Shown here: positions 28,321 to 42,125 of the stretch, in pieces
Layout of the letters: each line of letters opens with the position of its first letter
Position numbering within the stretch: position 1 is the first letter of the stretch
From: the human T2T-CHM13v2.0 reference genome, Homo sapiens
Assembly (NCBI RefSeq): GCF_009914755.1
Contig: NC_060945.1
Length of the DNA: 64,000 nucleotides
Reading direction: 5' to 3' (one strand)
The notes under the pieces: model-generated
Database searches by the model: none
What the model saw: the letters and a program-made list of their open reading frames with translations, nothing else
Told to the model about the DNA's origin: nothing
Position numbers and translations under genes: made by a program

Positions 28321-29950
28321 TTCTTCATAAATAAGAAGCCCCCAGAAATGCAGCATTCCATCCCAAGTGGCAAGGCAAAGAAAACAAAAAAGATAAACAA
28401 CAGAAAATCAAGGTAAAGAAAATAAAAATAAAAAGTGATTTCTCTCTATTTTTCCTGGAAATTAACATTGGCCACTGGTTCAAAGATTAGAGAACCAGGG
28501 CTTGGTGTAGGAAGAATTCAACTTCAGTAGAGTGGGAATCAATAACTAACCTTATGCCAGGAAATAAAAGCTGGACTATTGACTTAATTAGGAAATTTCA
28601 CCTTTACAAGGGTGAAAAATGGACATGGAAGAGAATATGCACCTTCCTTTTTGGAAATATAAAATTATGTTCTTTTTAATGATTTTTTCTAAGAGAGGTT
28701 CAAGGAGTCACATCATTAAAGGAGTCAGTGAATTTAATATTACTTATGACATATTGTAACTATAATAAAATACATACTTGTTCTGTGTCAGGTCCTAATT
28801 CCAAAAACTGGATGCCAATAAGTGTTTATATTACTGAGATTATTTAGACTGCATTACAGGTATACTCTCTCATCTCCTCATGACCAGTCTTCTCAAATCA
28901 TATGCCCCAAATTGACTCAGTTTTTATGTCTTAAACCAACATCAGAATGTCTGTTCAAAACTCTACAGATGTAAATTCTGAAGAAATCCTAAGACTATAT
29001 TTATATATATAAGCAATATGTGTTTTAAATCCACATATTCAATACTTTAAGCTGTAACAAGCCTTGAAATCCTGCGTGTGTATGTGCGTGTGCATACATG
29101 AATGTAAAATAATGTCAGTGAATACTGACGTGTTAGTGTAAAGACGAACAATACTGAAACCAAAAGTATAAAGATCGATTCAAAGTTCCCAAATAAAGCA
29201 TACGGAGTAAACCTGGCTAAAAGCATTAAAAAATATATATATTCTGGAAACTATGTGAATGCACATCACTAAGAAAAAATATTCTTTTGTTTTGAGCATA
29301 ATGCCAAGAATTTATTATATTTATTAAAATGTGTGCATTATTTTATGTATCTATTTTGATTGTTTATGAAACAAAAAATAGAATGTAACAGTATGTGATT
29401 TACCAATCTTTAAACAAGCAATAGCATTTCTGCATGTTTATTATAAAATACTACTAAATTGTGAAACCTCTGAAAATATCTAATGAAGTATATATCCAGA
29501 GAGAGGCATTATCGTTTTAACATATGTAAAGTTTATTAGATGATATTTTAAAAAATGGCCGTAAGCACAAGCTACTTTGTTCTAAAATTGCGTCAGATAA
29601 ATTTTAGCACATTTTTTTATAAGTTAAAAGGACATGAACATGAAATTTTCTATTAAAAATACCTTTGATTGTATTTTAAAGTGAAAGTAAAAAGTAATAC
29701 AAGTACACTACGTTTTAGAAGTCACACAGTCATGTACAGATTTGCAGAACCAAAGAGAACAATTGAACAGACTTCATTATCAGTTTCACTGCTCCTATCA
29801 GTTCTGTTTCCAAGCTATGACAGAAAAATTAAAAACCGTAACAATTTATAGATCTCCAGGAAAGACAATATTCTCATCCTTCGGGTAACGTACTCACGAT
29901 ATTTAAGAGAAAGAAGCGGCAGCAACAGGCACTGAATGAGGCAGAGTTGC

Positions 29951-30788
29951 TCTACTGGATTGCTAGGGCTTTGTCCTAGTCTGTTTTCTGTTGCTTATAT
30001 CAGAATACCTGAAACTGGATCATTCATAATGAAATGAAATTATTTATTACAATCATGGAGACTGAGAAGCCCAAGGCTGAGGGGGCGCATCTGGTGTGGG
30101 CCTTCTTCCTGGGGTATACTCAGAGTCCGGAGGCAGCACAGGTCATCACATGGTGAAAGGGTAGAGTGGGCTAACATGATACCTCAGGTCTCTCTTCCTC
30201 TTCTTATATAGCCTCCAGTTTCCCTCCCAAGATAACCCACTACTTCATTAATCCATAAATCCATTAACCTATGAATGGGTGAATCCATGAATTAATCTAT
30301 TCATGAGGGCTGAGACCTCACGATCCAATCACCTCTAAACACCACTTCTCTCAATATTACCATACTGTGGATTAAATTTTTGTGCAAGTATTAGAAGGAA
30401 CAAATGTTCCACCCATAGAAGTCTTCCATAATAAAACACCACAGACTGGTGGATTTAAAAACAGAAATTTATTTTCTCACAATACTGGAGGTTAAAAGTC
30501 CAAGATCAAGATCGTCAAGAAGGGTTGGCTTCTTCTAGGAACTCTTTCTTTGGCTTGTAGATGGCAATCTTCCTGTTTTTCCACACAGTCTTCCTCTGTG
30601 CTTGTCTTTTTCCTAATTTCCTCTTCTTACAATGATACTGGCCATATTAGATTAGGGCCCATGCTAATGAACTCATTTAACCCTATCGCTTTAAATATCC
30701 TTTCTCCAAATAAAGTCATATTCTGAAGTACTGGGCATTGGGATTTCAGTATAGATGAATTTGGGGTGACACAATTCAGCTCATAATA
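29951..30788 (-). mobile_element. MLT1B-like MaLR LTR, split near its 3' end by an MST LTR
   Basis: Stub TCTACTGGATTGCTAGGGCT (29951-29970) rejoins CCATAATAAAACACCACAGACTGG...GGTGACACAATTCAGCTCATAATA. Confidence 0.85.
29972..30420 (-). mobile_element. MSTB1/MSTC-like MaLR solo LTR
   Basis: TGTCCTAGTCTGTTTTCTGTTGCTTAT...ATTAATCCAT repeats...GATCCAATCACCTC...CCCATAG; TSD GGCTT/GTCTT. Confidence 0.85.
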
Positions 30789-32833
30789 GCAGTGGTGAAG
30801 AAGGGGTGTCAGGTGCTCTTTGGCTAAGCAACAACCTCACAGAACCGAAATGCCTTACATGGATTTATTATTGGACTATGGCAGTGAACAATCTCTTCAC
30901 CCTCCAATATCTTTGGTAAAACACAAAAATACTTTGGAAAATCACAAAATACTTGGTGGGATTAGATTTTTAGCTGATGACTTATAGCATTTTATATTCA
31001 GGCTAATATGGTACTTCAAATAAGCCCATTTCTGAGTTTGCAGGAATAACTGAAATATGAATTAAAACACGATTTTGGTGAAGGGATTAAGTTTCATGGT
31101 TTACTGATATCAGGTAAGGAATTCTACCATTGCATTTATTTTCTTTATCCTTTTTCTATTTATCTGCTTTCCCATCCTAATACTGTCACCCTTACAAATG
31201 AATGCCACTTCTATATACCTTGTTGTCAATATTTAAAAAATAGAACCAATATTTTAAAATAAATGTTATTAAAGTATTAAATATTTTATAATGTTTTAAT
31301 CAGGAAAATAGACACGTTTTTAAATGTGATACACTAGGGCAAATTATATAGTAGGTATTAAGTATGAGAAGTATACAGATAGAAAATTTCTCTTTCCTGC
31401 CCACCTATCTAAGCAAAGACAGAAACAAATTTATTATTTATCATAATCAACCAATTAGTGAACAGAGGTTAATATGACCATATATAATACGGAGCTTTAT
31501 AAGATAATCGGGTTAATAGATATATATAAAATAGAATATCATATAGCTGAAGAACTGCAATTTTAACAAAAATGTTACAATTTATTCAGGAGTAGTCTGG
31601 AGACATTCAAGTCCACTACATTGATATATAGGGTGTAAAAAATGCTATGTTTACTTAAGCAAATAGCACTATGGTCATGTTGATGTCTCTTCTGACAACT
31701 TATATTCATTGAATCATGGTTCATTGTTTATTCAGCCTTTATTTTATATAGCAATTATGTTAAAATTTTAATTACATGAGAAGAGCAAGCATTTTAGTAT
31801 ATTTCATGTAATTAAAAGTTAGAATAGTAGCACTTATTTATTAATATTACCATAAAATCTTGAAATTTTTAAAAACAATTACGCCACGGAAGAATTTGAT
31901 TTTTATATAAATGACTCCTCTCTGCACCATGAGGTGAGGATGAAATGTTTGAAGGCATGAAAACGATAAGAGAATATTTTCTACTCATTAAACTGCATGT
32001 TGTAAAACTGTTTTCTATGATCCTTTTTCATTAACTGATGAAGGATAAAAGAATATTACATTTTCTCATATGAGTCATAAATTTTGCACTTGTTCATTTT
32101 AAGTGGACATCAGAATATGACGTATTTTATCTTGTGTAGCTTAAAAATGCTAACTTTACCTCATCCTTGGCAATGAAATCATGAAGGAAAGTGAATGTAA
32201 TCAAGGGTAAATTCATGCTAAGAATTACTATTAAATCTAGAATAGCTGAAATTGTAGCAATGAGGCCGTTTTGTGGACTGTGTATAAAAGAAACATTTAT
32301 GTCAAATTTAAAAATGAATAGTGGCATCTTTCCTTTTTCATTTTTAAAAAGAGATTTTGGATAGAATAAACAAATAATTTTTAAAAAACTCAAATGAAGT
32401 ATTTGGCATTAGATTTATGGTCATATTCACAGCAAAGCAGCTCTTGAACTTAATCCATAGATTGGGAATTTAATATTATAATTAGGAAATTGGCTGAGAT
32501 ACATTTAATTCAATTTTATAGTCACACTAATTTCTACCATTAAATATACATGATGACAGAAAATATTCATTTTTTAAAGAAGTACATACCTAATATAAAC
32601 AGTTTTAGAAATTGTTCATTGAGAACTTTTTCATCCAGACATTGAAGAAAAATTATGTAGGAAAACATTGTTAAATTAGGGTGAGTGTCAAGAAATGATA
32701 TCTGGTATAAAATAAAATAAGAAATTAAGTTTTAACTTGTGCAAAAGTTATAATTAAAACTAGCTTCATAAACTAAATTATTTAAAATAGAACTTTGATT
32801 AAAATTAAATTCATAAGCTTTCACTTTCCACTA

Positions 32834-33189
<356 letters not shown>

Positions 33190-34792
33190 TCAATGCAAAA
33201 AAGTAATTCCTAAGAGAAATTGATAAAACAAAGGAAATCTTATGATTACTCCAATTTACTTTCTGGAAGGAGTGTCTATCCATCTGTGCAGGGAGAGATA
33301 ACATCAAGATTAGAGTTCTTGCTAAGTTGAGAAGACAGGATCACAGATAAGAGAGATCAAGGTGACCAGAAGTTTTGGGTAAAACAAAAGAATGGAGGAA
33401 GTGAATCAAGTGGAAGCCAAAAAGAGAGGAGATCCAACAATTTACAGCAGGGTCTTCTCAAAAATATGAGTATAATAAAATTAACAAATAAATATGTTAA
33501 AGCATCTGCTGTAAATATAATGGTTATGCTTCTGTAGGTAGATAAAAGCATGAACCTGATGAGAAAAAAATGAAAAGTGCTCAAAAATCTAAAATCAAAT
33601 TTCTGGATGAGAAACATAAAATATCTAAAACAAAAAATTGACTGAAAGAGAATAACAGCAAATTATATACTACAGGAAAAAATAACATCAGTGAATTGAA
33701 AGATATAACTATAGTAATCATCCAAAATATGGCTGAAAAATATTGAAGAACAAAAAGAAATCACAGAATCTCGTGACTAATGGAAGACCTCATTCAGTTT
33801 AATGTATTTCAAACTGGAATCCTGAAACAAGAAGAGAAAGAAGAAAAAAATAAAAAAACATAGTGGAAATCATAACGGCTGAAAAATTTTCAAATATGAT
33901 ACCAATTAAAAACCCACACAAGAAGATTAAATAACACAAGCAGAATAGTGTAAGGAAAACCACACAAGGCCCATCATAATTGTTGAAAACAAGGGATTTA
34001 AAAAATGTTAAATGCTAGAAAAAGTTAAAACAATACATAATGTTTGTGCCACAATGCTAAGAATAGCAGCTGACTCCTAATCTGAAACCATGTAAACAAG
34101 AAAACAATGGAGTGAAATGGAATGATGGAGAGGCCCCATTAAAGTACTAAAGAGAAAACAACAACATTCAAACCGCCCAAATTTATTTTAAGAAAATGTT
34201 AAAAAAAAGACATTTTCAGAGGAAAAAGCTGAGACATTTCATCACTAGTATACTTGCACTAGGGACATAGTCTGAGATCAAATAATCTACCAAGAAAGAA
34301 GAATGAACATCACCATGAATGGCAAATATGTGAATGAATGTAAAATACATTTTTATTTAAAATAAATGATTTAAAAAATAATTTACTGTCCTAAGCAAAA
34401 TAAACAGTGCATTATGGAGTTTAAAACATATGTAGAGTTAAATTGTAGGACAGGAGAACAAAGAACAAGGGGGATATAGAAGGATATTGAGAATACTGCA
34501 TAAAGTTTAAAATATACATGAAATGGCACGATGCTATTTGTAGTAGATTGTGAAAAATTAAAGATGTATATTGTAAACCTTACAGAAACCCCTAAAACAG
34601 ACCCGTAAATGATATTGCTAAAATGTCAATAACAGAGCTAAATTAGGATCATAAAAATACTGAAATTAGTCTAAAAATCAGCAAGAATAAACAAAAGAAG
34701 AGATAACAAAGAGATAGGCAACTAGAAATCAAGCAGCAAGTTAATAGGCTTATTTCTGAATAAAACAATGTTAAAGATAAGTGGTCTGTACC

Positions 34793-35063
34793 TGCAGTAT
34801 CTAATTCATACCCAGTAGTCATATGTGGCTATTGAGCCCTTGAACATTATCAAGTTCCAACTGAGATGTTCTGTAAGCATAAAATAGACATAAGATTTTG
34901 AAGACTTAGTATTAAACATAAAATGAAAATGATCTTATTGATAATTTATTTAATATTTATCACATTTATTGCCTTTTTTCTTTTTTTATTTTTTAAAATC
35001 TAACCACTAGAAAATTGGAAAATGACACATGGAGCTGAAATTCAACTCGTATTAGGCAAACCT
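34793..35063. mobile_element. MER33/MER3-type hAT-Charlie MITE
   Basis: CCAGTAGTCATATGTGGCTATTGAGCCCTTGAAC...CTGAGATGTTCTGTAAG...GATTTTGAAGACTTAGTA...CTAGAAAATT. Confidence 0.75.
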
Positions 35064-36143
35064 ACCCAATGCACACCAATTCAAAGGTATCATATGTGCA
35101 AGACCTGTGCCCTGAAAACTACATTGTTTAAAAAAATTAAAGGAGCTGCAATTAACAGAGAGATATGCCCTGGTAATGGAGCAGAGGACTCCATGTAGTT
35201 AAGATCTCAAATCTCCCCAAATTGATATATATATAGAAGCAAAGCAATCCTGATAAACGTCCCAGTAGAGTTTTTTTCAGAATTTAAAAAACTCATTCTG
35301 TAGCAGGTATGAAAATACAATGAACTATAACAGTTTTTTTTAAAAAGACTATTTTTAAAAGAAAATGTTTAGAGAGCTAACCTTTACTCATCAAGGTCTA
35401 ATATACCTTGCATATATGACACTTGTATTTTCTATAAAAAAAGATATATATGATATATATTTATATAAATAAAATATAAATTAATATGAATATGTAAATA
35501 TAAAAACGTGAAAATGCAGAAAAAATGAAGGGTAGACAACATAGTTTTGACATGGTAAAGAATTAAATAAACCAGTAGTATAAAACTTTTTCACTAAATT
35601 AGTTTAGTTTATGGAAATATAATGTGCTGTAAATGAATTAGGTTTTTTTTGAAAATCTTTGGTTCATTCTGTTTTATGTTTTATAATATGTATTGATCTT
35701 TAATAAAAAATGATGATTAAAAGTCTTTTAAAAGTCACATAAAATGTTGCTCTTTTCAAAGTGAATGTCCTATTATGAAAGTGTGTCATTGACATATGTA
35801 ACTTTTGTATTACATGAATTTTTCTAATAATAAGAGCATGTATTTTATCTGAACACTCCTTTGTTAGAAATTTTATTATTTGAGCACAATGGAGAAAGGA
35901 AATTATAGACCAGTAATACTCAAAAGAAGCATCTCTCTCTATATAGCAAATATTTGTAGATGACAGCCGATGACAGTAAAGTATGAATCTTAATAATTGG
36001 AAAACTGTTATAAATTTTACAATGTGAAGTAGGTATTTGTAAAGCTAACCTAATCCAGAGAATAGCCAGAAATGGTAGCTAAAGAACCATAAATAAAAAG
36101 TGGCAGTCAACTTATTGGAACACCTGCACACACAGCATGTGTA

Positions 36144-36159
36144 TATACACACACACACA

Positions 36160-36198
<39 letters not shown>
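36144..36198. repeat. (CA)n microsatellite with one CG interruption
   Basis: Direct reading. Confidence 0.95.
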
Positions 36199-36202
<4 letters not shown>

Positions 36203-36529
36203 TGGAACCACCCAAAACTGCTTCCCTTCATATTTTCTTATTCTCTAAAGTTCAAGAACACTGTCGCACTGAATTGTCAAGGAATACCTATCAACTATTT
36301 CAGAATTACCAGTTTTGTAATTGTGTTTAGAAAATTAAGAATAAATAGAGAATATAACATATTTGCACGTCTTTGTTTTTAACCCACCTATGAGGAAATT
36401 TTTGTACAAACTTGAAAATTCCTGTTTCTTCCATAGTGGGTCTTAATGTCTTTGTCTTCAATTTTATTTTCCTCTCATTCTAGAGCAATCTCTTGAAATA
36501 TACACAACTTTTGTTTTTAATTTTTTGCT

Positions 36530-36890
36530 GCTGAATTACAAAGGTTTTAACTCCAGTCCACACCTCTTTCCTAACCTCTGAAATTAACTGCCATACCCTT
36601 GGGGCGCTTCTCTTCGTACCACACTGAGTATATTAAACGTCTTTCATCATATTCTCCTAGAACACTAGCCTTTTCCTTCATTGACCTTATCACATTTACA
36701 GTTGTATATTCTGTTTTATGGTTATTTGATTTATAGTATCTACAACAATTCTGCATGCCAAGTGAAGGCAACACTATTACGTGTGACTGTGTGTTTTCTC
36801 TCCATCATTTGTCTGACACTCTTAGCACATTACCTGAAACACAGTAAACGTTTAGATTTCTCTAAATATTTAGATATTATGAATTAATTA
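36530..36890 (+). mobile_element. L2 3' fragment
   Basis: CTCCAGTCCACACCTCTTTCCTAACCTC...CTTAGCACATTACCTGAAACACAGTAAACG...AAATATTTAGATATTATGAAT. Confidence 0.55.
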
Positions 36891-37109
36891 GTTAAGACTT
36901 TCTTTTCATCAAATTAAGTTTAAAGTTGTCAGTCAGAAACATTCTGTCTCAAGAGAAAATACCAGAGGTCTTTTGTTAAAGGGCAAGTTAATAAATAATA
37001 AAGTTAATAAAGCACAAGTTAATAAAGTTATTTTAATATTTTAATACTTGCTTTAAGACTTTACAAACAGGCCTCATTTCATTGGAAAAAAAATTGTGTC
37101 CCATTTTCA

Positions 37110-37567
37110 GCTACCTATAATAATGTGCTTTGAAACGTCACTTTGAAACTCCTCCCATAAATAAGTGGAGTGTTTCCTCATGTTTCATGGATGGTGTGTG
37201 GACCTGCACTGATTGTTCAATAGAGTGCGATAAAAGTGACAGCATGTCAATTTGAAGATTTGGCTTCTAGAGCATTACGTCCTTACTCTCATACCACCGG
37301 AATCTTGAAACCAGCCAGTAAAATGGTGAGGCTCCCTCCTGCAGGCAAAGCAGCTGTGTGGAACAGCAATGAGTCTTCCCAACTAACTGACAATCAGCCC
37401 CCAGTTGATCTGACAGCCGACCACTGACCCATGAAACCAGCCAAAATAGCTCTGTCCATCCCAGCTCCCATTTGTCCAGTCTACTCTGGGTTTATTTGAT
37501 TTAATAAATAACAGAGTTATTGTTTGAAGTCATTGTGTTTTAGAGAACAGCACAATAAATAATACCG
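37110..37567 (+). mobile_element. Old MLT1 (F/G/H-like) MaLR LTR
   Basis: CTTTGAAACTCCTCCCAT...CAATAGAGTGCGATAAAAGTGACAGCATGTCAATTT...TTATTGTTTGAAGTCATTGTGTTTTAG. Confidence 0.65.
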
Positions 37568-38967
37568 AGAATGGTAATACCAAGACTGATAAATTATAAA
37601 TGAATATTTGTTGAATAAATATAAAAGTAAACTGAAAGATATTTTGTATTTGTATATAATCCGGTTTCAGTCAGATCTCATTTGAATGAACACCAATTCA
37701 AATGCCAAAAGCAACTGAAAGCAAGAAAATTTCGTCTATGTATGTTTGGGTAACACAGAAAGGAGGGTAGTACACTTAGTATTTAGTGGAGCATTTAAAA
37801 ATTCATAGAAACTAGTAAAAATGTATCTTCTCTCTCAACACTCACTATCCCCTTCCTCCACATTTTGCTTCTCATATCTGCCTGTCAAAAAAGCCTAAAA
37901 ACTTTACCTGATCAAAAACTAGATAAATTGGCAGTAAGATATTGTTGGAGATAGTAAATAACTTTGTATCTTTGGTTTTGTGTTCTCAAGAATTCCTCAC
38001 AAAAGCAATACCATATCTTTTGAAATTTTTATTTGAAAAATTATTTTTTATAAAAAGACATGTAAATTGGAACATGGTTTATTTTATTTTTAGACTGTCA
38101 GTAAGTTTCACTCTTGCTACTGATATTAAATATTGCTTTAGATTAAAAAAAACAACATGCAAGATCTTACAAAACAATGAAAATTTTCTCTTTATTTTTT
38201 GTCACCTTTCCTAGGCCTTCTTTTCTTTTAATAAAAAAGAAAATAATCACCAGAATATTTTTCAGCAGTTATAGGTAAAACATAATTTTAACTTAACTAC
38301 AAGTACACACAAGTATGGAATATGTCAGGATAACCTTAACTGACACTGCAGGGTTGTTACCAACTTTTCCAGTGGCTAAATAGATTAACCTAATATATTC
38401 TTAAGGCTGAGTGCAAAAATCTTGGCATAGTGATCATCAAAGCACACACATGCAAAAATGTCAGCTTCAATTCATCAGCTAGGTAAAGAATACAATCTAT
38501 TCAATTTTATAGGTTGTCTTTGTTCATAAACACAGATGCAATCAAGAATCATTTCCAAAAAGTGTTCATTCAATTTTATGAACTACTATGCTTATGATCA
38601 GTTCATGAACTTTAGGAGAACACTTTTATGTTCAAAAGCATGTCTTTTGGCATCGTATTTTGATAAATGATGTATTAAAAAAGGTAGAGATCAAAACACT
38701 GGAAAGGACCAGTACCACAGTCACATGAGACCAGCTAGAGTGTTTCTTCAAAAACTCAGGCATCTAAGAGGATAAGAAACATACTTAGGATTTGTAAATA
38801 CAAAATGGCCCCCTTGTCAGCATTACAGGTTTATTCAGTCTTTTTATGATTACAGTGACATGTATTTTCACTGTCTCAATAGCAGAAGAAAGATAATAAA
38901 CTTAACTATTTGTGACTATTCTGCTTAAGATATCAATAATTTCATTAATAATTTACATATCTTTCTA

Positions 38968-39340
38968 AAATATCTTTAATACTAAGTACTCAATCTTTGC
39001 ATAGTATACAATTTATATCTATACAGGTGCATATATGTATATGTATATGTGTATATGTATATATAGGTGCATATATGTACATATATGCACCTATATATAC
39101 TCAGAAGAACACTTAAGTATAGCAAAATTATCTTTAATACTAAGCACTAGCACATTAAATATCTTTAATACTAAGCACTCAATTCTTTACATAGTATAAA
39201 ATGTATAACTATATAGGTGCATATATGTACATATACATATGTATATATGTATGTATATATGTATATGTATATGTACATATGCATATATATATATGCACCT
39301 ATATATATTCAGAAGAACACTTAAGTATAGCAAAAAATTA
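38968..39340. repeat. ~190-bp imperfect tandem duplication with TA-rich palindromic core
   Basis: Both units run AAATATCTTTAATACTAAG...CAGAAGAACACTTAAGTATAGCAAAA; perfect 44-bp palindrome at 39057-39100. Confidence 0.92.
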
Positions 39341-39734
39341 ATATGTGTTGAGTAAAAAATAAACTGAGATTTATAAATATTTATAATTAATAATTTTATG
39401 ATGATAAAATTCTGCTTCTTTGCTCAAATTTTGAGGCATTTGTTGAGGGACTATTAAAAAACAAGACTATAAACTCTGATAAAATAAGCTCTGATAATAC
39501 AAATTATAATTATAATAAAGACAATAATTACTAAAATAGCATAGCTAACTATATGCCTCTCATTTATATTAAATATTTTCATTTTTATAAAATATATAGA
39601 GAAGTAGGAACTAAATTTTCCGCTTATTCAGGTGGAAACTAAGAAACAAACAAGCAAAACATAATATTAATAATAATAACCTTACACTAAAATGAGTGCT
39701 TTTATTTCATGTTTGGAAAATTATTTTTCCTCTT

Positions 39735-39880
39735 CTATAACTCTTTAATCTTTCTGATCCTCCATTTATCAACTGTAAAGTAGAAATAAAAAATCAGTCT
39801 ACCACATGGGCTTACTGTGAAGATTAAATAAAATATAAAATAATGAGCACAGTATTTTAGCAGTCAATAAAATAGATTTT
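39735..39880 (+). mobile_element. MIR fragment
   Basis: TTAATCTTTCTGATCCTCCATTTATCAACTGTAAAGTAG...CTGTGAAGATTAAATAA. Confidence 0.6.
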
Positions 39881-40189
39881 CTCATTAACATTATCAGTAC
39901 TATTTGTATCATTTTTCATAGTATGCTCTTTTTAACCACAAAAATTTTTAAATTAAATAATACAATCTTTTATGATTCCTTAATTTTTACAAGTCTCAAA
40001 AGCAAAATATGTTTCAATTTTGATTGCCTTTTTAAAAAACATCCATGGTATCTTGCATAAATATCTGTGACCATCACTATGATTTCATTTTTATTATTTA
40101 ACTATTATTTATTCTTATTTTTATGATTTAATGGTTTATTTTGTGTCTCATTGTAGGACAATCTCATGTTATCCATGGAAATAAGCCAA

Positions 40190-40660
40190 TATATCAGTAA
40201 GAATCTTCTTTTGGCTAGGTTAAAAAAAAAAAAAACAGAAAAACAAAAGAGTTTGTTCTCTCTCACTTCAATGAAGCATAGAAGTAGATTTCCAGGTTAG
40301 CATAGCCACTCTATCGTGTCATGGGCTCCTTGTTTTTGTCTGTTTAATCAGTCTTAGTCTGTGCCTTCAATCCAGAAGGTTAAACAGAGGATAATGCAGC
40401 TGCTGACTTCCATCCTGAAGGTCAAGCGGTTGTGAATGAAACAGGGAGAAACATGGATGAAGGGGCAAGGGGAATTTCCTAGGAGCTGAATCAGGAGGTA
40501 ACCTTTTTCAGGGATTTCCCGGAAATCACTTCAAGGTCTTTTTTTTTCCTATTTTTTTCAATAGTCACCTGTAGTGTAAAAGAAGTTTGAATAAAAAAAG
40601 ACAAAAACTTGGAAGGATACATTGAATACCACATAAAAATTCAGGAGTTTGTTACTAAAT
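40190..40660 (-). mobile_element. Old MLT1J/K-like LTR fragment
   Basis: Diverged MaLR text ending AAAATTCAGGAGTTTGTTACTAAA. Confidence 0.45.
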
Positions 40661-41589
40661 ACAAAACAAAAATAGTGATTAAGCCACTAGATGTTCTGTC
40701 AAAGCAGAAAATAAATGAGAGAGAAAGTGTCTTTACATAGAAGCAAAACCTGTGCAATACAGACAGCTTTTCTATAAAAAGATTCGTGAAACTGTTCTGC
40801 TCAGGAGAATTCCATAAAAAATGCAAGAGATGCTTCTCACAGTATGACTTCTTTAATTTATTTCTCTGGTGAGCTTAGCAACTTGTGGGTGGCATGCAGG
40901 AAACGAAGATGTAACACCGTGTGCTATGAATCTGTGAGTAAAGGTGGGCAAGCAAGTAGTGATGTTATTTTGAGATTAAGTAATCAGCTGAAAATTTCTT
41001 TTCTGCACTCTGCAGGTGTGGCTGTGAGTTTTTGATTTGCTCAATGATATAGGACTTCAGCATTTTAAATACAGTCATATTATAGAACCTTTGCAGACAG
41101 ATCAAACGCCCTGTCCATACATTCTGATTAACTGCTGCTTATACTGATATCTTTTATCAGGTTGTGATGGAAGAATGTTCTAGCACTTTTTGAGTTCATT
41201 TCACTGTATTTTAAGTTGTTTTGTCAACTAGTGACTTGCTATTCTTAACAGATTTGGAATCAGAAAAACTCTTAGCGGCCTCTTCAAGGGCATTTTTTTG
41301 TTCACATGTTTTCATCAGTTTCAGTTAAACTACTTGGTCCTGGGATATTCTCATTTAACTTTCTGAATAAGCATTTTTGCATAGTCCGTAAACCTCTTGC
41401 CAATATCTCAATTCCACTTGTCAATCAGCAATGTTTGCCTTGCTGTTATAGCAAATGTGACAATTACTGCTATTATTTAAAACTATTATAGTTGTTACTG
41501 GAATAATGAAATTATCTTTTACTCCCTGTCTTCCAAGAAAAGAATGAGAATGTCTGTAGGTGGAACATTTTCTCTATGGCTCATTTTTT

Positions 41590-42125
41590 CTCTCATTCAT
41601 TTAGAGAATCTAACATCCTTGAGGAAATAATACCCCAATGTAGAGATATAATATTGTACAAGAAACAAGCTCCCTACTCTTTGGGTCTGATAGTCTAGCT
41701 ATGGGGAGAATACAAGATAAGTAAGCAAATATTTAGACAAAATCATTTGGATTAGTGACAAAGGCTATCAGAAAATAATACAAAATTAGTATGGCATTCT
41801 TCAGGTTAGAGAGTCAGAAAAGACCTTAAAAAAGGTTAACATTTGAGATGCTATCTGATTTACCTTTCACACATAAAGGTCAGAAGAAGGATCGTTCCAG
41901 GCAGAGAAAATAGGCAATGCAAAGGCCTTATGGCCTGGAAGGAATTCCACAGTTTTACTGGGCATAAAGTTGGCCAATCTGAGACCAGAATCATGGGTGA
42001 GCAGGAGAGAAATACAAGATGAGGACAGAAAGGTGACTTGTTAAGATGTGTGATTACTTATCTAAGTGATTAAACAGTATTAGCAAGGGCTGATAGGAAC
42101 TGACATCTATTTTGGTCATTTATGA
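41590..42125 (-). mobile_element. L2 (L2a-like)
   Basis: CATTCATTT start; AACATTTGAGATG; GTTCCAGGCAGAGAAAATAGGCAATGCAAAGGCC. Confidence 0.7.
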
